From the human T2T-CHM13v2.0 reference genome, Homo sapiens: a stretch of DNA of 64,000 bases. Below are positions 12,377 through 25,812 of the stretch, piece after piece. The notes below the pieces were generated by a model. The model was not told the origin of the DNA and searched no databases. It saw nothing but the letters and a program-made list of their open reading frames with translations. The translations under genes and the position numbers were made by a program. Position 1 is the stretch's first letter. Every line of letters begins with the position of its first letter. The stretch is taken from NCBI RefSeq assembly GCF_009914755.1, contig NC_060935.1; one strand, given 5' to 3'.

Positions 12377-15300
12377 TGGAAGATCTGTGGCAGCCACTGT
12401 CCATGCAGAGATGCCCTGTGCCCGCCCCCTAGGGTTCTGCCATGTCTGATTGCTGCAACTTGCCCTCTGGTATGTCAGGCCAGGAGCAGCCCACAGAGGT
12501 GCTTGCCCTGTGGGTGACAGTCCCTGAAAGCCTCTCTCCTCCTCTTCAACACGGGAGGTCCTCGGCCCTGCACAGGAACATCCTGAGGGCTCAGGATTCC
12601 TTCTCCCTGGTGCACTGTGAGCTCCCGTTGCGGGGTGGCTGACTCATCTTCTGCCTCCGTCTCTGTCCCAGCAGAACCTTGTGCTGGGTGGTCTGGGCTT
12701 CACCTTTGCCCTTCCTTGTCTCTGGCTTCCAGATATTCCTAGTCCCACTTTCTTCCTAACTTTCTGCCTAGTTCTAACCTTGGCTTTCTGGCTTCCCTCT
12801 GCCACCTACCACCAAATGTTCAATGCAATACAAAAGAGGAGACTTCAGGAAATTCTGAAAGCATAATTAACATATTTTTATGCATTAATTTATTTGTGAA
12901 AAATAAAGTCCAGCCATAGACCTAAATGTGAGATCTGTTGATGGTGAAGCAAGTCCTACAGCATCTGGGAGAGACACAACAGAAGGACGAGGGAAACTTT
13001 ACTGAAAAATCTGTCACAGTCACTCTGTTCCCAGATGTCACCACCAAAATATAGCTAAAAAATAATCATGAACAGTTGAAAATAAAGGAGAATCAAGATT
13101 ATAAGATGCTTTTACCAGGGGAAAAAAAGCTATAATGCATCTTCCTTGATTTCTCCCATCTCCCCTATCTTCCTGAACTCTCTTGTGTTTCTGCTCTTCA
13201 GCCACAGCATAAAATATGACCTTGATAACAAACAAACCTCTTGCCCTCCCAGGCACACATGCTGCAATGGTGCTTCTGGAATACTGACTGAGTAAAAGTG
13301 TCAATGGCTTCTCCCGCACCTCTAATCTACAGGCACGTGTGCCTGCCAGACAAACCTGACTTCAACCAGCCAAGCTTAGCTGTGTCTAATTGCCTTCTAA
13401 AGTAGCATCCACTGTTTCTATGAAATTTGACCACATCAACATAGCTTCTGCTGCATGTGAGACAGACCTGGGGCTGGGTGCTGAGCAGCTCACAACCAAA
13501 GCTAGACGGTGCCACCTTACGTCTCTGAGAGTCTGCCCATACAAAGTGAGGCTCAGAGACCTTTATGAATATTAAGACATAATGAAGAATGAATTTTCTA
13601 GTCCCAAAGGAGGGTTAGAGCAGCTCTCCACCCCACCCCAGGCAAGACAAAGACTCAATGTGTGGGTAAGTTACAAAGAGCTCCCCTGTCCTCCAGAGAC
13701 CCAGTTTATGCTGAAGTCCTGCGGACTTTTGCTGCCCAGAAGACAGCCTGGTAACACAGACAGAAGGACTCTTCCCAAGTGCAGTGTGCGTGGGAGGTTC
13801 CTGGTCTCAAGGGCCATTTTCAGAACTACAGGCCACCTCACTATCCCTGCTCAAGCTGGGTCTTTTTCTGAGGCTCCCAAGAAGCTGAGCCTGCTGGATT
13901 AGGGCAGAGTACAAGATGGGTATATGACTGATTCCAGAAAGGCAGCCCCTTTCTCCCACGCAAGCAGAAAAACAATGGTGCTAAATCAGTGGTGCTCATT
14001 CTGGACTTAGCCCAGCATGGGTGCAAGGCTTTGTGGGGACACGAGATGATGTTGTAGTTTCCCCTTGGGCCTGGGCAAAGACGAATCTAACCTCTAGGGA
14101 TGCATTCATCAGCCCATGTGTAGAGAAATCAGTCAGGCCCCTTTCTAAAACATGTTCAGTAGTGTCAAAGAGGACCCCTCTTTCCACAAAAGAATATTCT
14201 GCAGCCAAACACCATTCCCGGAAGTTCTACTTTTAGTAGTGACTGCAACTGTAAGAGGCAGGCATTATCAGCCAGGCCTGGTCTTCACGGAGCCAGAGAG
14301 CACTTTTAGCTTCACTTGAGGCTCCGTGTTGGAGCTCTTTCTGAACCCGTTTCAGGTCTCTCATCACAACCCAAATGGCAAAGTCCACGTTCTCTGGCAG
14401 GGCTCAGCTGGGGAAAGATAAGCCACTTCCCAGTGTTCTCCATGGGAAAAAAGAGGCAAACCAAACATTGACTCATGCCTGGGAAGTGAATGCAGGAGTT
14501 CCCTGGATAGGCCTCCTGCTCCAAAACAAGAGTCACAGACTCTTTGGCATGCACTCCACTGCTAGTTATCATCACAAGCCGTCCTAGCCAGAGAGAGAGG
14601 AAGTCACAGAAAATGGAGAGAGAAATGCCCAGACAAGGGTCGCCTTCCGAAGCAAGGCAAGGAGACCTGGCAACCTGGAACTGCACAGCACTTCGGAAGG
14701 GGTGTGTCCATCGGGCTCCTCTCCTGACCTTTGGGTCCACTTGCGAATTAGGCAAAACAGTTCTTTTGGATTTTACAGAGAGAATTACAGGTATTCAATA
14801 CATTAAACTGCTTGCCCAAGATCACTTGGCTCATAAGCTGTGAGGCAAAGTCAGAGGCAAAGTCAGGGGCCACATCCTGGGTCAGGAAGTCAGTGCTTCC
14901 TTCCACACGGTGAAGGCAGGATAGCTAATTGTTTGCTTTAAAAATAAGTAATTTCAGTGAAAGAAGAAAAGAAACAGTCATCTGGGCCATAAGAAAGAAG
15001 TGACCCAATCTTCATGGACATTGTGGGCTAAACTGATGGCAGTTATAAGGTAGTATCCATTGACTCTCAAGAATTCGCACCAAACAAAAGGAGGGTGGGG
15101 CCCACCAGAAAAACATGCAAAATCCTGATAGTGGTTTTCATGATTCCTTCCCATCTGGGCTTCACCCAAAGAGGCATCCATCCCAGTGCCAAGTAAGACT
15201 GGGCACTCTCTCCTCCATGGGATAAAGCCAGGGGACTCCCAAGGAAACTGCAGCTTCTCTTGGAGCCTGTAAGCTGATGGGCTATTTCCATCTGCCACAT

Positions 15301-16270
15301 TCTCTCTTCCAACATCCTCCTCTCTTTGAGGGGTATGGGAAATCCCTTGGCACTGGGATGTTCAGGAGAACCAGGTTAGCTTATTCGGAGAAGCCAAAGG
15401 CTTCTGTAGGCCTTTCTTCCTAGAATGGAAATTCTCATAGGGGCTTGGCCTCCCCACTGTCCTGTTTCGGCCTGCTACCATCTGACCATATCTGGCATGG
15501 TTTTGAGTCTGAACTCTGGCTTCCTGTTCTACATTTGTCTACAGCTCTTTTGGACCTATTGTTTTGATTGCACCCATGTCTATGTTGTCAACTGTGAAGG
15601 CAGTGTGGTGGTATTAGGAGTGGGGAGGTAAGAAGACCTAGTGCATTTGGCTCTTTCCCTTAGTAGCACACAAAATAGTCATGCCGTACATGTATGTGAT
15701 TTGTACACTCTAAGCCACCATTTAACATGAATCATTAATGTAGAGACTGTGGGATTCTCAGTATAGATTTTCTCTTGGCTTAGTGCAGAGCCAAGCCCAA
15801 ACAGATATTTAAAAATAGATGTTTTGATAGTGTAGTGATGATAAAATCAGGTACCTGTCATGGTGCGTAGACCAAACAAGTCAAGTTGACACGTATCTGG
15901 CATTTGGTATTGTACTACCCTGAACATATTCTTCTGCATATCAAGGAGCAAAGTATTTCTGGAAGTCTCCCAGATCATTACAAAGGTCATTCGAAGTATG
16001 CAAATGCCACTGAAGGAGACAGGGCTTCTGTTTGTTTGTTTTTGACCTAGATTCTGATCTTTGGGTAAGAGGGAGCTTGGAGCTACCTTGTTCCACAATG
16101 TTCTTTGTACACTAAGGTGAGAGAGCTTCAAGGGAACACAGTAATGGTCAAGGTTATAGGTCCGTTTTCCAGCAGCGTAACAGATTGGGAGGCAAAGTTC
16201 AGTCCAGCCCTTCACTATGATTTGATATGACACGCGACAGGTGACGAGAAGAGCTGTATTCAAGAGGGGG

Positions 16271-16395
16271 CTCAGTCACTATCTGACTATGTGACTTCAG
16301 GTAAGACACTCAGATGCCCTTTGCCCGAGTGCTTCATCTATAAAATGAAAGCACTCAACTAGACAATTTCCAAGGTCCCTTTTGATTCCAAGGAC
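16271..16395 (+). mobile_element. MIR-family fragment
   Basis: TGACTATGTGACTTCAGGTAAGACACT...CTTCATCTATAAAATGAAAG...CAAGGTCCCTT. Confidence 0.7.
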
Positions 16396-17021
16396 CTTTC
16401 ACTTTTTAAATAAATTACTGCAATTTAAAAAATGTTTGTAGGGAGCCAGCCATAGATGCCACTCTCTGCTCAGAGGGGTCTAGGCGGTGGGCCATGTGGA
16501 GGTCATACATGCTTTGCATCGTGATAATATTTGTGAACTAGTTGCATCTTGGTGGCCACAAGCTACTATGGCGTCCAATTAGCGCTTTTCTAAAATGCCT
16601 GATTTCTTCCAGGAGGAAACAACCACAGACAGAATCCAGAAGACAAAACACAACTAGGGCTTTTTGTAATATTTTTGAAGGGTAGAGAAACCGAGTTATT
16701 CAATTTTAAGCCCTACATTAGACCCAGAGAGGGCACCAGTTAAGAGATTGAGATTATTAGACCGCCAAGAAGTATGGGATTTCTAAAAACAACCTATTCC
16801 TTGTTCCAGGACAAGATCACACCTAAACTGAAAGAGATAGCATACAAGCAGGAACCTGAGGACGGACGCTCTTCTCAGCACTCTCCCAGGAGTGTTGGTG
16901 CTGACAGTGGGGAGACTTAGATTTCAGTTCTGCAGATTCTGACTCCCACCTACAACTTTCCTTTAAAAGTTCCCAAGTGCATTCGTGTCTCCATTCCAAC
17001 CAATATTTCCTAAGTTCCAAG

Positions 17022-17704
17022 GCACAGCCATCTCCTGCCTGAACTACTACAGTAGTCTTCCGACTAGTCTATCCCTTCCTGGTTTGTTCTCTCCCAATCT
17101 ATTCTGCCAACTGCAACAAGAACAAGAATAAAAAATGTAAATCATGAATCACATCAACAGAGTTCCATTATTTCTAGGATAAAGACCAAAATGATTCACA
17201 TGACCTTCAAGGGCTGTCTTCATCTTCTGACCCCTTACCAGGCTGCCAGCCTCATCTTGGCCCATGCTTTCTTCCTCTACACTCCAGTCAGGTGGGAGAA
17301 TGTGCTCTGATTCTTCATGCTATGGGACTTTGCCCGTCCTGTTCATTCTGCCTCTTCCTTTGGTCTTTGCTCTTGGGTGTGGATAATTTCTACTCCTCCT
17401 CCTTCAAATCTCTGTTCAATTGTCACTTTCATAACCAAGGCTTCACCAGCCTCCCTGGCAAGATCAAGCTCTCCTGACAGACAATCACAGCACCACACAC
17501 CTCCCCTTCCATAGTTTCATGTCGGTCATGATTTCACAACTGTCTGGGTGTTTGTTTGACGCATGTCTGTCTCTCCCTCTGGACTGTAAGCTTCATGAGA
17601 GCAGGAACCATAACAATTTCTGTTCAGGCATACATTCCCAATGCCTAGCATAGTATTTGTCACATAGTAATCACTCAATAAATCACATGTTGAATAAATA
17701 AATG
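17022..17704 (+). mobile_element. L2 3' portion
   Basis: GGACTGTAAGCTTCATGAGAGCAGGAACC...AATGCCTAGCATAG...CTCAATAAAT...GTTGAATAAATAAAT. Confidence 0.8.
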
Positions 17705-18484
17705 TGCTTGGTACTGTAGAGTATTCAGAGATGAATAAGTCAGGATGTCCGCCATTCAGAATCCCACAGCCATACAACAGCAAGACCGTGAAATAGGCCA
17801 GACTGCGATAAGTGAGTAGGTGCAAGAAGTGATACAGCACCCTTTTTTATATCCTGTGATTTGCTAAGCTGCTTTTTACCTTTTCCATATGAACATCAAC
17901 CTGTTTAAGCATTGATTGACCATTCATGACCTTCTGCTATGCAATTGCATTTTTGTATCTCTAACCCAACATTGCACTTCCTATGAACAACAGAATTCTC
18001 CTTTTGATTGGTACAGTTTTTGCTTGTTAGCACCATGGGCCTGACTCTAAATTTCAAATAACTGGGGCCATTTCAGCAGACACCCTGATTAAACGTGCTG
18101 AGTAATTTTAGTTTGTATTAAACCAATAGCCCACATTAGGGCCCACATCTGTGTTTACGGAACGACTCACACTCTCAGGCGTGTCTGTCGCAGTGTGCGA
18201 TGTGAGATCCAAAAGTGTGCTGCTCCAGCTCTGTGCTGCTGCATGTGTGTTTGGTCGGTAGCTCAGAGCTGGTGTTTATTGACAAGCAAGAACACTGGAA
18301 TGAGTAATCATTATAAGCATTCCCTGCACATTCCCGTCTCTCAGAAGCAAGGCACATCCCCAAGCTTCTTGCCCTCATTCTGCAGGGGACAAGCTGCTGG
18401 GCAGGCCAAACTGGGGGCCTCAATGCCTTTGAGGACTCAGTGGGATGGAACAGAATGATTGCCTAAAGTAAGTGAGCACTCAGT

Positions 18485-19092
18485 GTTTATTTATTCATTC
18501 ATTCATTCTCTCATTCATTTGTTCAACAAATACTGTTTGAGCACTTGCTCTCTCCCACCCGTGCTAGGCACTGAGAACATATTGGAGAACAAAACAGGTG
18601 TGGTCTCTGCCTGTATAAACAATGGTCTAGGGAGGAAAGAGAGACATAAAACCAAGAATTAGTTTGAAATACATGGACTCACAGTTTTAGAAAAGAGAAG
18701 TCTGGTTCCGAGGACTTGCACAATAAACAGGGAAGCCTCGCCTACTTTGAAGCATAAAGAATGAGCTCCTGGGAAAGCAGCATTTAAGCTGAGTTCTGAA
18801 GGATGGAAAGGATGTGTAGCCAGAAAAAATTATAAGAGGATCAGAATTTTCCAAGCTCAGGTAACCTGACAGGTGAAGCCCTTGAGGAAGGAGGGAACAG
18901 GCCTTGTCTACGGAACTGTGATTGTCCAGAGTGACTAAAGTCCAGAGCTGGAAAGGCAGAGAGCTGGAGATGAAGCTAGATGAATGCAGGGCCAGATCAT
19001 GGCCTTGTGGGTCATTTGAAGTGTTTCGAAGTCTATTCTAAAGTCAACCGGAAGTCTACATAGGGTTTTAGGCAACGCGAAGATCAGATCAC
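18485..19092 (-). mobile_element. L2 3' portion
   Basis: TTCATTCATTCATT...TTCAACAAATACTGTTTGAGCAC...GTGCTAGGCACTGAG; CATTTAAGCTGAGTTCTGAAGGATG. Confidence 0.8.
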
Positions 19093-22000
19093 AATAGGGT
19101 GACATCTACACTGCCTACCTCACAGTCTCTTAGTGAGGAACAAATGAGACCAAAGATAAGTTTTTCCAGGTGATCCATAAGGAATGAGACCACTGTGTTT
19201 CTAAAACCGTTAGTAACTCCCAAGTGTGGTAAAACACCATTTGTAAATTCCCCAGGAATAAAGGTTCCAGAATGACCGCTCAGGCCACTTGAGAGACTCT
19301 GCCCCTTGAAGTGCCAGATAGCCTGGTTTTCTCCACGTTGGAGTTCACTGTGCAATCTGATTGTCACTTATCGTTTCCCATGCTAAGTGCAAGGAGCCAT
19401 TCCAATCAACGGCCTGTGTCCCACTGCATCAATTCATCTTGGCCTTTCCGGGGGTCTCTCAGCACAGCATCTCCGCTCATTAACGAGAATGCGCCTGCAT
19501 CATAATGATAATCCTTTGCACTTACCCAGCACATTGCCCAGGGGGTTCTCAAAGCATTTTGTAAACTTTTAATTAAGTTAGGCTAGTGACTGCAGGATGG
19601 TCCCCAGCCTCTCCGAACCAAGAGGTCTGGGGTGGGGGTGGCGACAGGACGTGATGGGAGACAAGCAAAAGCCCTGCCTCTAGCACCTACTTACTGGCTC
19701 TGGGGCGCAGAGGCGAGTGGGTGGATGTGCAGGGAATCTCTGCGTTGCTAGGAAGAAGCACTCACACATGTATGGCCGTGTCTGGCACAGGCAGCCTGTG
19801 GGCCTCCTGCCATGTGTGCCCACAGGGAGAGCACCAAGGCTGGGGGCTAGAGTTGGGAGTTCTGGAAAGGCAGATATAGAAGGCAAGAGGGAAGACTTGC
19901 TTTCCTTAAAGAGCTGTGAATGTGATTTTGAGAGTAGCTAAACTCTGGCTTGGAAATGCATGTGTGCCTTGCGTGTATATGTGTGCAGGAAGGGGCATGC
20001 ATCTATGGTTGGCAAGGGGGTGGTGAAGAAGAGAGGAGGGAATGTATGTTCACATGCTTAGAGGAAGGCAGTAGCAAGCACATTCATCTTCAAGCTTCTC
20101 TCTGGTTTTGGATTTCTTTTGGCTCCCTTCTCAGGGCTACCTTTAATCCTTCCCTGAGCCATACAAATACCACCATCTTGGGGTATCAAGTGAGTGGTGT
20201 ATAAATCCAGCAAGTGGAACTACATCCATGCCCTACTGTGTTAGAACCATCCCCACCCCTCAGGGAAAATGCAGAGGCAACCAAGGCTTTGCAGATAAGT
20301 AGCAAGTTGTAAGTCTGGGTCTCCCACCAACAGCATAAAAGGCAAGAGGGACAAATGTCCTCAGGACCTAGCCCTGCACTGAGGACTGGGATCAGAAGGA
20401 GTGGGAGAGCAGAGCCGCCCCAAGGTGAAGCCACCTGCCTGGCCCTCTCTGTCTGGAAAGTGCCAGTCGGTATCAGAGGTGCTAACATCCACTGCTCCTG
20501 ACAGCCTGGCTTGTCAGCAGCCACAGACCATCTGGGGGCTGACACTTGAGCTCACTGACAGGAATCACAGTTTGCTTCCATATCTCTCTGTCTCCAGCCC
20601 CAGGCAGCTGCAGGCAGATGGCAACAGTCCATCTGCAAACAGGGCTGCAGGCTGATGGGGTCCCTGTCCAGCGGACCAGCATCAGAAAAGCCAGTGCCCA
20701 TAGGCCAAAGGCTATTAGATGGGGCTCCTGGAGTTCCAGCTGTCCAAGGCTGACATACAAGTCCATGTATCTAGCACCCCACCAAATATACCACAAAGCA
20801 ACGTTTTGAGAGACCAAAGGTGCCATGTCTGTTGCCTTAGTTTTCTACAGCAGAAAAACTAAGACCTAAAAGCTCAAAGTCAGAATGCATATTTTATTGG
20901 GGGTCAAAAAGAAGAAAAAGCTTAACAATTTCCTGTTTTACTCGATTAATGATTTTTGAGGCAGGAGAATATCTTAATACATTGTTTAATCAGAACGTAT
21001 ATAAAGTCTTGTTCAATAAATGAAGGAGTAGATTGTCTTTTACTAATTTTCATCACTGTGACAAAGACATACATATATGGTCAGTATGATTCTACCTTAT
21101 CTTCTCCCATTTTTAACAATATGGAATGTCCTCTCCCCTTCTCCAACATGCGAGTTGCCTTCTCTCTTTACCCTATTCCTAGAGGACCAGGATGAGTTTT
21201 TTTATAATAAAAATTTAGAAGTGTTTATTTGTTATCATCTAACCTAGGTGTTCAGCTACTCTGTGCAGTTGGAAACAAGGTTCATACATGGCTGGAACCC
21301 ATTCTACAGATTGGTAAACTGAGACTTAGAGAATGCCTTGAACCAACCAAATAAGCCTCAAAGAGCCACTAATCAAAGAGATCACTCTCAGCTTTCAGCA
21401 TACTTAGAGGTTTGGGTGGAGTCCCACTTAAAGGGAAGTGCACTCAGCCCCAGGCAGCCCTGACACAGATTTGAGGCTGTAACCACCAGAGATAGTTCCC
21501 AGTAGCTGGCATGGGAGACCCAGGCCCAGAGCTGCTAGACAACAAATGCAGGCAAGTGCCAGCTGTCTAAAGAATCTCCTTCTGTAATTTTCTAGGTTAC
21601 AGAGATGTGGCCAAGGGTGCTAAGAATTCGAGAAAGCACAAAGGCAGACAGGACCGAGGGAACATGGGAGAACCTCAAGCCCGTCGGGATCTCTGATTAA
21701 TCTCAGGTTGAGTAGTGCTGCCCAGTTCCAGGCTACTGAAAAAGCCATCTTCATGAGGCAGCTGATGCTATCTCCTTCTCAGCACCTGCTATTGCCACTG
21801 GGCCCATGCTGAATGCAGATGACGCAGTCTAACCTTATTAACATGTCGATCATTTTTAAGGGATTGAGGGCCACATGATGGCGTGAATCCATGATGGGCT
21901 AAAGGACGATGGGAACTTGCTCATGACCAGATGCTCTGTCCTTGTTCCTATCTCTTTCTTAGTGAGTCTGGCGCGTGGATTCCCCCACTAGACCCCTTGT

Positions 22001-25000
22001 GCACATCAGGCACTCTTAGCAGGTTCGCCGGCTCTGGGCTGGTGAGAGGCTAAGGAGCAGGAAAGGAATTCATCAAAACTTGGCTGTAGAGCCTGCCCCC
22101 AGGCCTTACCCCAAAGCCAAACATCCCAGCCCAGAAACTCAAGATTTGGGGACTTCCCTGAAGGAAGAAGCAGGAAGGTGTGTGCTAGAGAAGGAAGAAT
22201 CCTAAACCTCGGGGGATTTTCTATCCAAGCCCAGGGTTTTCTGACCCTAAACGGGCAAAGCCTGTTTAAGGTGCAAGAGATGAAGTTGTACCCAGAACCT
22301 GGACTCACAGATCAGCGCATGAAGACACAGCTCAATCCAGGTTGGGTAAATGGGGACCCCTCCCAGCTAACTCCCCTGCTTAGAGTCACAAGACGAAGGA
22401 GATACAAACAGGATGGGCCAAGAAGAAGGGGACAAACAGGAAGTCATGGTCTGAATTTGAGCAAAGAAGTCTTCCAAGTTAGCAATCCTTGCATCATGGT
22501 GCTGGCCCCTGGAAGGACTTGGGCAGCACTGTGCCTCAGGAACTGAGCCTTGGCTGCTGGCAATGACAACATCTTCTTGCCCTTACTCCACCCTGCCCCA
22601 TGGCCACAGAGCCATTTCTCAAAGCTGGAGGAGAAAAGACAAGAAGAAGACAGGTTTTGACTCAAATACTCAAATACTCAAATACTGTAGGCCATGGTCA
22701 CAGGTTTTAAGTGACAGACAGAGTGGTTTGCAGGTAATCAGAAGGACCTGGGATGCTAGTTCAAAATGCTTCCGTCTGAGACGAGGACAGGGACTCCACA
22801 TTTTAACCTGCCTCTCTCCTCCTAGGTGATTCTGATGCACATATCTAGCAGTATTCGCTTCCTGCTTCCTACAGAGCCCCCAGACCCAAGGTCAAGAAGG
22901 CCACCAGCCCAGACTATCTCTCTCCTCCTACTAGAACAACAAAATTACCCCAACCAGGGGTGTCCAGAGCCTCGGACTGTGCCTCTAGCATGACAAGTCA
23001 GTTGGCCACGGGCCCTCTGCCCTGTCTTGGGTGTGGGCTCATCTCAGTCTCCACGTGGTGACTGTCTTTTCCATCCCAGAAATTCTGCCTAGAAAAGCTA
23101 TTTGTGATATCAGTGGAAGGTACCAGGCGACAACAGCATTAACCTTAAAATTACTCTGGGATGGATACATGTTTTACCAAGAAATAGAAGCTGCAGAATA
23201 AAATGGCATTGAGGCCTAACCAGGTCAAGGTTCCATTATTACATCAGCCTTTGGTTTTTAGACGCAGTGAAAGTAAGTGGCTAACGAGCTGGTATTAATC
23301 CCTGTGGGAGAAAAAGCATCATCATTTGAAACAAAGAAAAAAAAGTCTAAAGCTATAACAGGAAGTAAAAGAAAAGAGAAAGGAGAAGTCGCAAGTAAGC
23401 CATGGCAGCTCATCAGAACTTCCGGATCCAGCCAGGTTTCCCACAGGAACCCCTCAAGATGCGAAGCGTTCTTTCACCGACACCTTCTAAGGCTAACTTT
23501 TTCTCCTCCCCGTTCTTGTTCTTACCGGGCTCCTGACACAATTAGCATAAGAGTAGCCCTCAAAGCAGGTAACAGACTCTTCAGAAAGAGGGCATGTTGC
23601 AGTGATGTCCACACCCTGCTCTCCCCCAGAAGATGGGGGCAGGGGGGTGGGGGGGATAGCTTGTCATTGTCGTTCATCCACCATGCTCAGGACGGTCAGG
23701 CAGGGGTGCAGGTTCATCCTCCTTTCCCTCAGCCGGCTTTAGTTTCGGGTACTTCTCCTGCAAGCAAGTTCTGCCTGCTCCCCACCAGTGCAGTGCCACG
23801 GGACCCCTAGAAGGAGGTCTCACCCTGGCTCCTGGCTCCTTCAGGGCGCGCTGCAATGCAGCTTCTGCAGACTGGGGCTCACCCCCCGCCTTGCTTTCTA
23901 AAGTGTAATGTTATGATTTCTGCCATAAGGGGCGCATCCATACAGCCAGGATTCCCTTGGGATGGGGGTCCTGATCTTTGCTCCAGCACAGTGAGAGGAG
24001 GGGAAGCGGGTATGAGGAGGCCCCCCGGAGCTGCCATCCAGCTGGGGACTTGCCTACGCAGGAAAGTTTGTCTTCTCCTGCCACGGACCCAGTGCACCCA
24101 CCTAGCTCCCTCTACCAGGCTCAGGCAGGTACTGAGTGTTCCGTTGGCTCTGCCTTCCCTGCTGAGCACAGCCCCCAGGCTGGACCCCCTAGGATGCTGC
24201 TGGAATCTGGAATAACAACAACAGCAACCCCCACTCTGAACTTCTTGGTCAGCCTAAAACAAACAGCTGGGAACATGGTTATGCAGAGCCCATCCCTGCT
24301 TTAAAAAGTGCCATCTTCACAAGGTGTTACAAAACATTACAGGCTGGATTACTTGTTTTAGTTGATCCTCTCTTCTTTCTCCCCAGTAAACTTCCATTTT
24401 TCTGATTTCACTTTGGCATCTTAGGACTACTCAGGGAATTATATTATTAAAAACAACACTGAAAATATTCCCACAAAACCCTACCAAGTAATACTGAATA
24501 TAGAAACATAAAACTGTATGTTTTACCTATAAAAAGGCAGGTAAGGTTTTAAAATCTTAGCATTCCTGTCTGTGTATATATGTATGAAAATTTAGGTTTA
24601 AGCTAATGTTTAACACAATGCATTTATCTCAATTTGGGGGAAAAAAAGAGATCCTGACTGTGCGACGGTTTGGTATGAAAACCGACACTTTTGCTGCTGC
24701 CTAAAACCTTGGCAAGCATAACCTAGCCCCTTCGGCATTGTTTGAAAGATGCCTGCAGGCATTCAGTTGTCTGCTTGCAAAGGACTCCTGTGCAATTATC
24801 AAATCTATTAAGATGCCTTCAATTTTGCAACGCTTCTGCTAAGCTCATTTTGGTAGGATTGCAGCATCTTACCTGTGTCACTGCAGATTTGTTTTCCCCA
24901 AACAAATAACTGCTGTGAGAGGTGGGATCACATTTAAATCATTAGACAAGGTGGGGAAGGGGCTGGGGAGAATCAGGCAAATCCAAATTTCCAACCTTCC

Positions 25001-25190
25001 CTCAGCAGGGACATCCCAAATTCTGCCAAGGGAAATTCATATTCCTGACGTAAGGAACAGGAAGGAGATACTGAGAGGATTCCGAATTTCAAGGGCATAA
25101 TCTGCCCATTTGGTGGAAGGATAAAGAAAGGACGGCAGGCAGTAGAGGGCCTGTGTTACAACAAGAAATGCAGGAGCAGATGAGTGAGCT

Positions 25191-25289
25191 GAGAAGGAGG
25201 GATGGGGCAGGGAAGGAGCTCCAGGGGGAGAGGGTAGGGGAGAGCAGTTCCGAAGGAAGGGAGGGAGGAGGAGAGTGGGGAGAGGTGGA

Positions 25290-25325
<36 letters not shown>

Positions 25326-25405
25326 AAACAGAGAGAGAGACAGGGAGGCGCAGAGATCTGGACTGATTCAGAAACAGAGAGAGACCACCACGACTGAGAG
25401 AGATA
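25191..25405. repeat. GA-rich polypurine tract with (GA)n microsatellite
   Basis: Near-pure purine on +; perfect GA run ~25293-25321; many G3-G5 runs at 25199-25293. Confidence 0.95.
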
Positions 25406-25812
25406 AGAGGGTGCCCCTTCCACCCTGCAGGTCCCAACATAGGCAGCAAGAAGGATTTATGGCTGGGAGTTCAAACCCCTCTTCTCCTACCCCCAGGACC
25501 ACAGCTGGTTAATGCCAGTTGGTGACTTTCACTGAAACAGCAGTGCCTCACAGCATGGTGCAGATCTCGAACCCAGCTCACTGGATCCCCCGGAACAGAG
25601 AGCAAATCCCGTGCTGAAAGCATCTGCGCGCGTGTGAGCGAGTGAGTGTGTGTGTGCGTGCACACAGCAAGCCTACCTCTTTCACTCACATGCATCTCAC
25701 ACTCCCTGTCCTCACCCCTTCCTCCTTGCCTCTCCATCTCCCCACTGCCTCTCCTGCTCTCACGTCGTACAATCACCCCAGGGAGAGAAAACACCCTTCC
25801 CCTGTACGGTAC

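Larger units (their letters stand above)
1..25812 (-). other. OPCML: 5' part of OPCML intron 1 (continues beyond window start)
   Basis: Follows the exon 1a donor; no exon 1b or exon 2 (VPVRSGD...) sequence seen in the window; repeat-rich non-coding DNA. Confidence 0.9.

Noticed and set aside
11561-12449. ORFs of 100-271 aa rich in His/Thr or Val/Cys
   Set aside because: Translations of the GT-rich tract and the 39-bp (13-codon) minisatellite.
14842-14865. Small tandem duplications (GAGGCAAAGTCA x2; also ~10227 and ~22660)
   Set aside because: Ordinary slippage products with no supporting context.
23277-23810. 177-aa + strand ORF
   Set aside because: Non-ATG start, no recognisable domain, antisense to the intron; consistent with chance.
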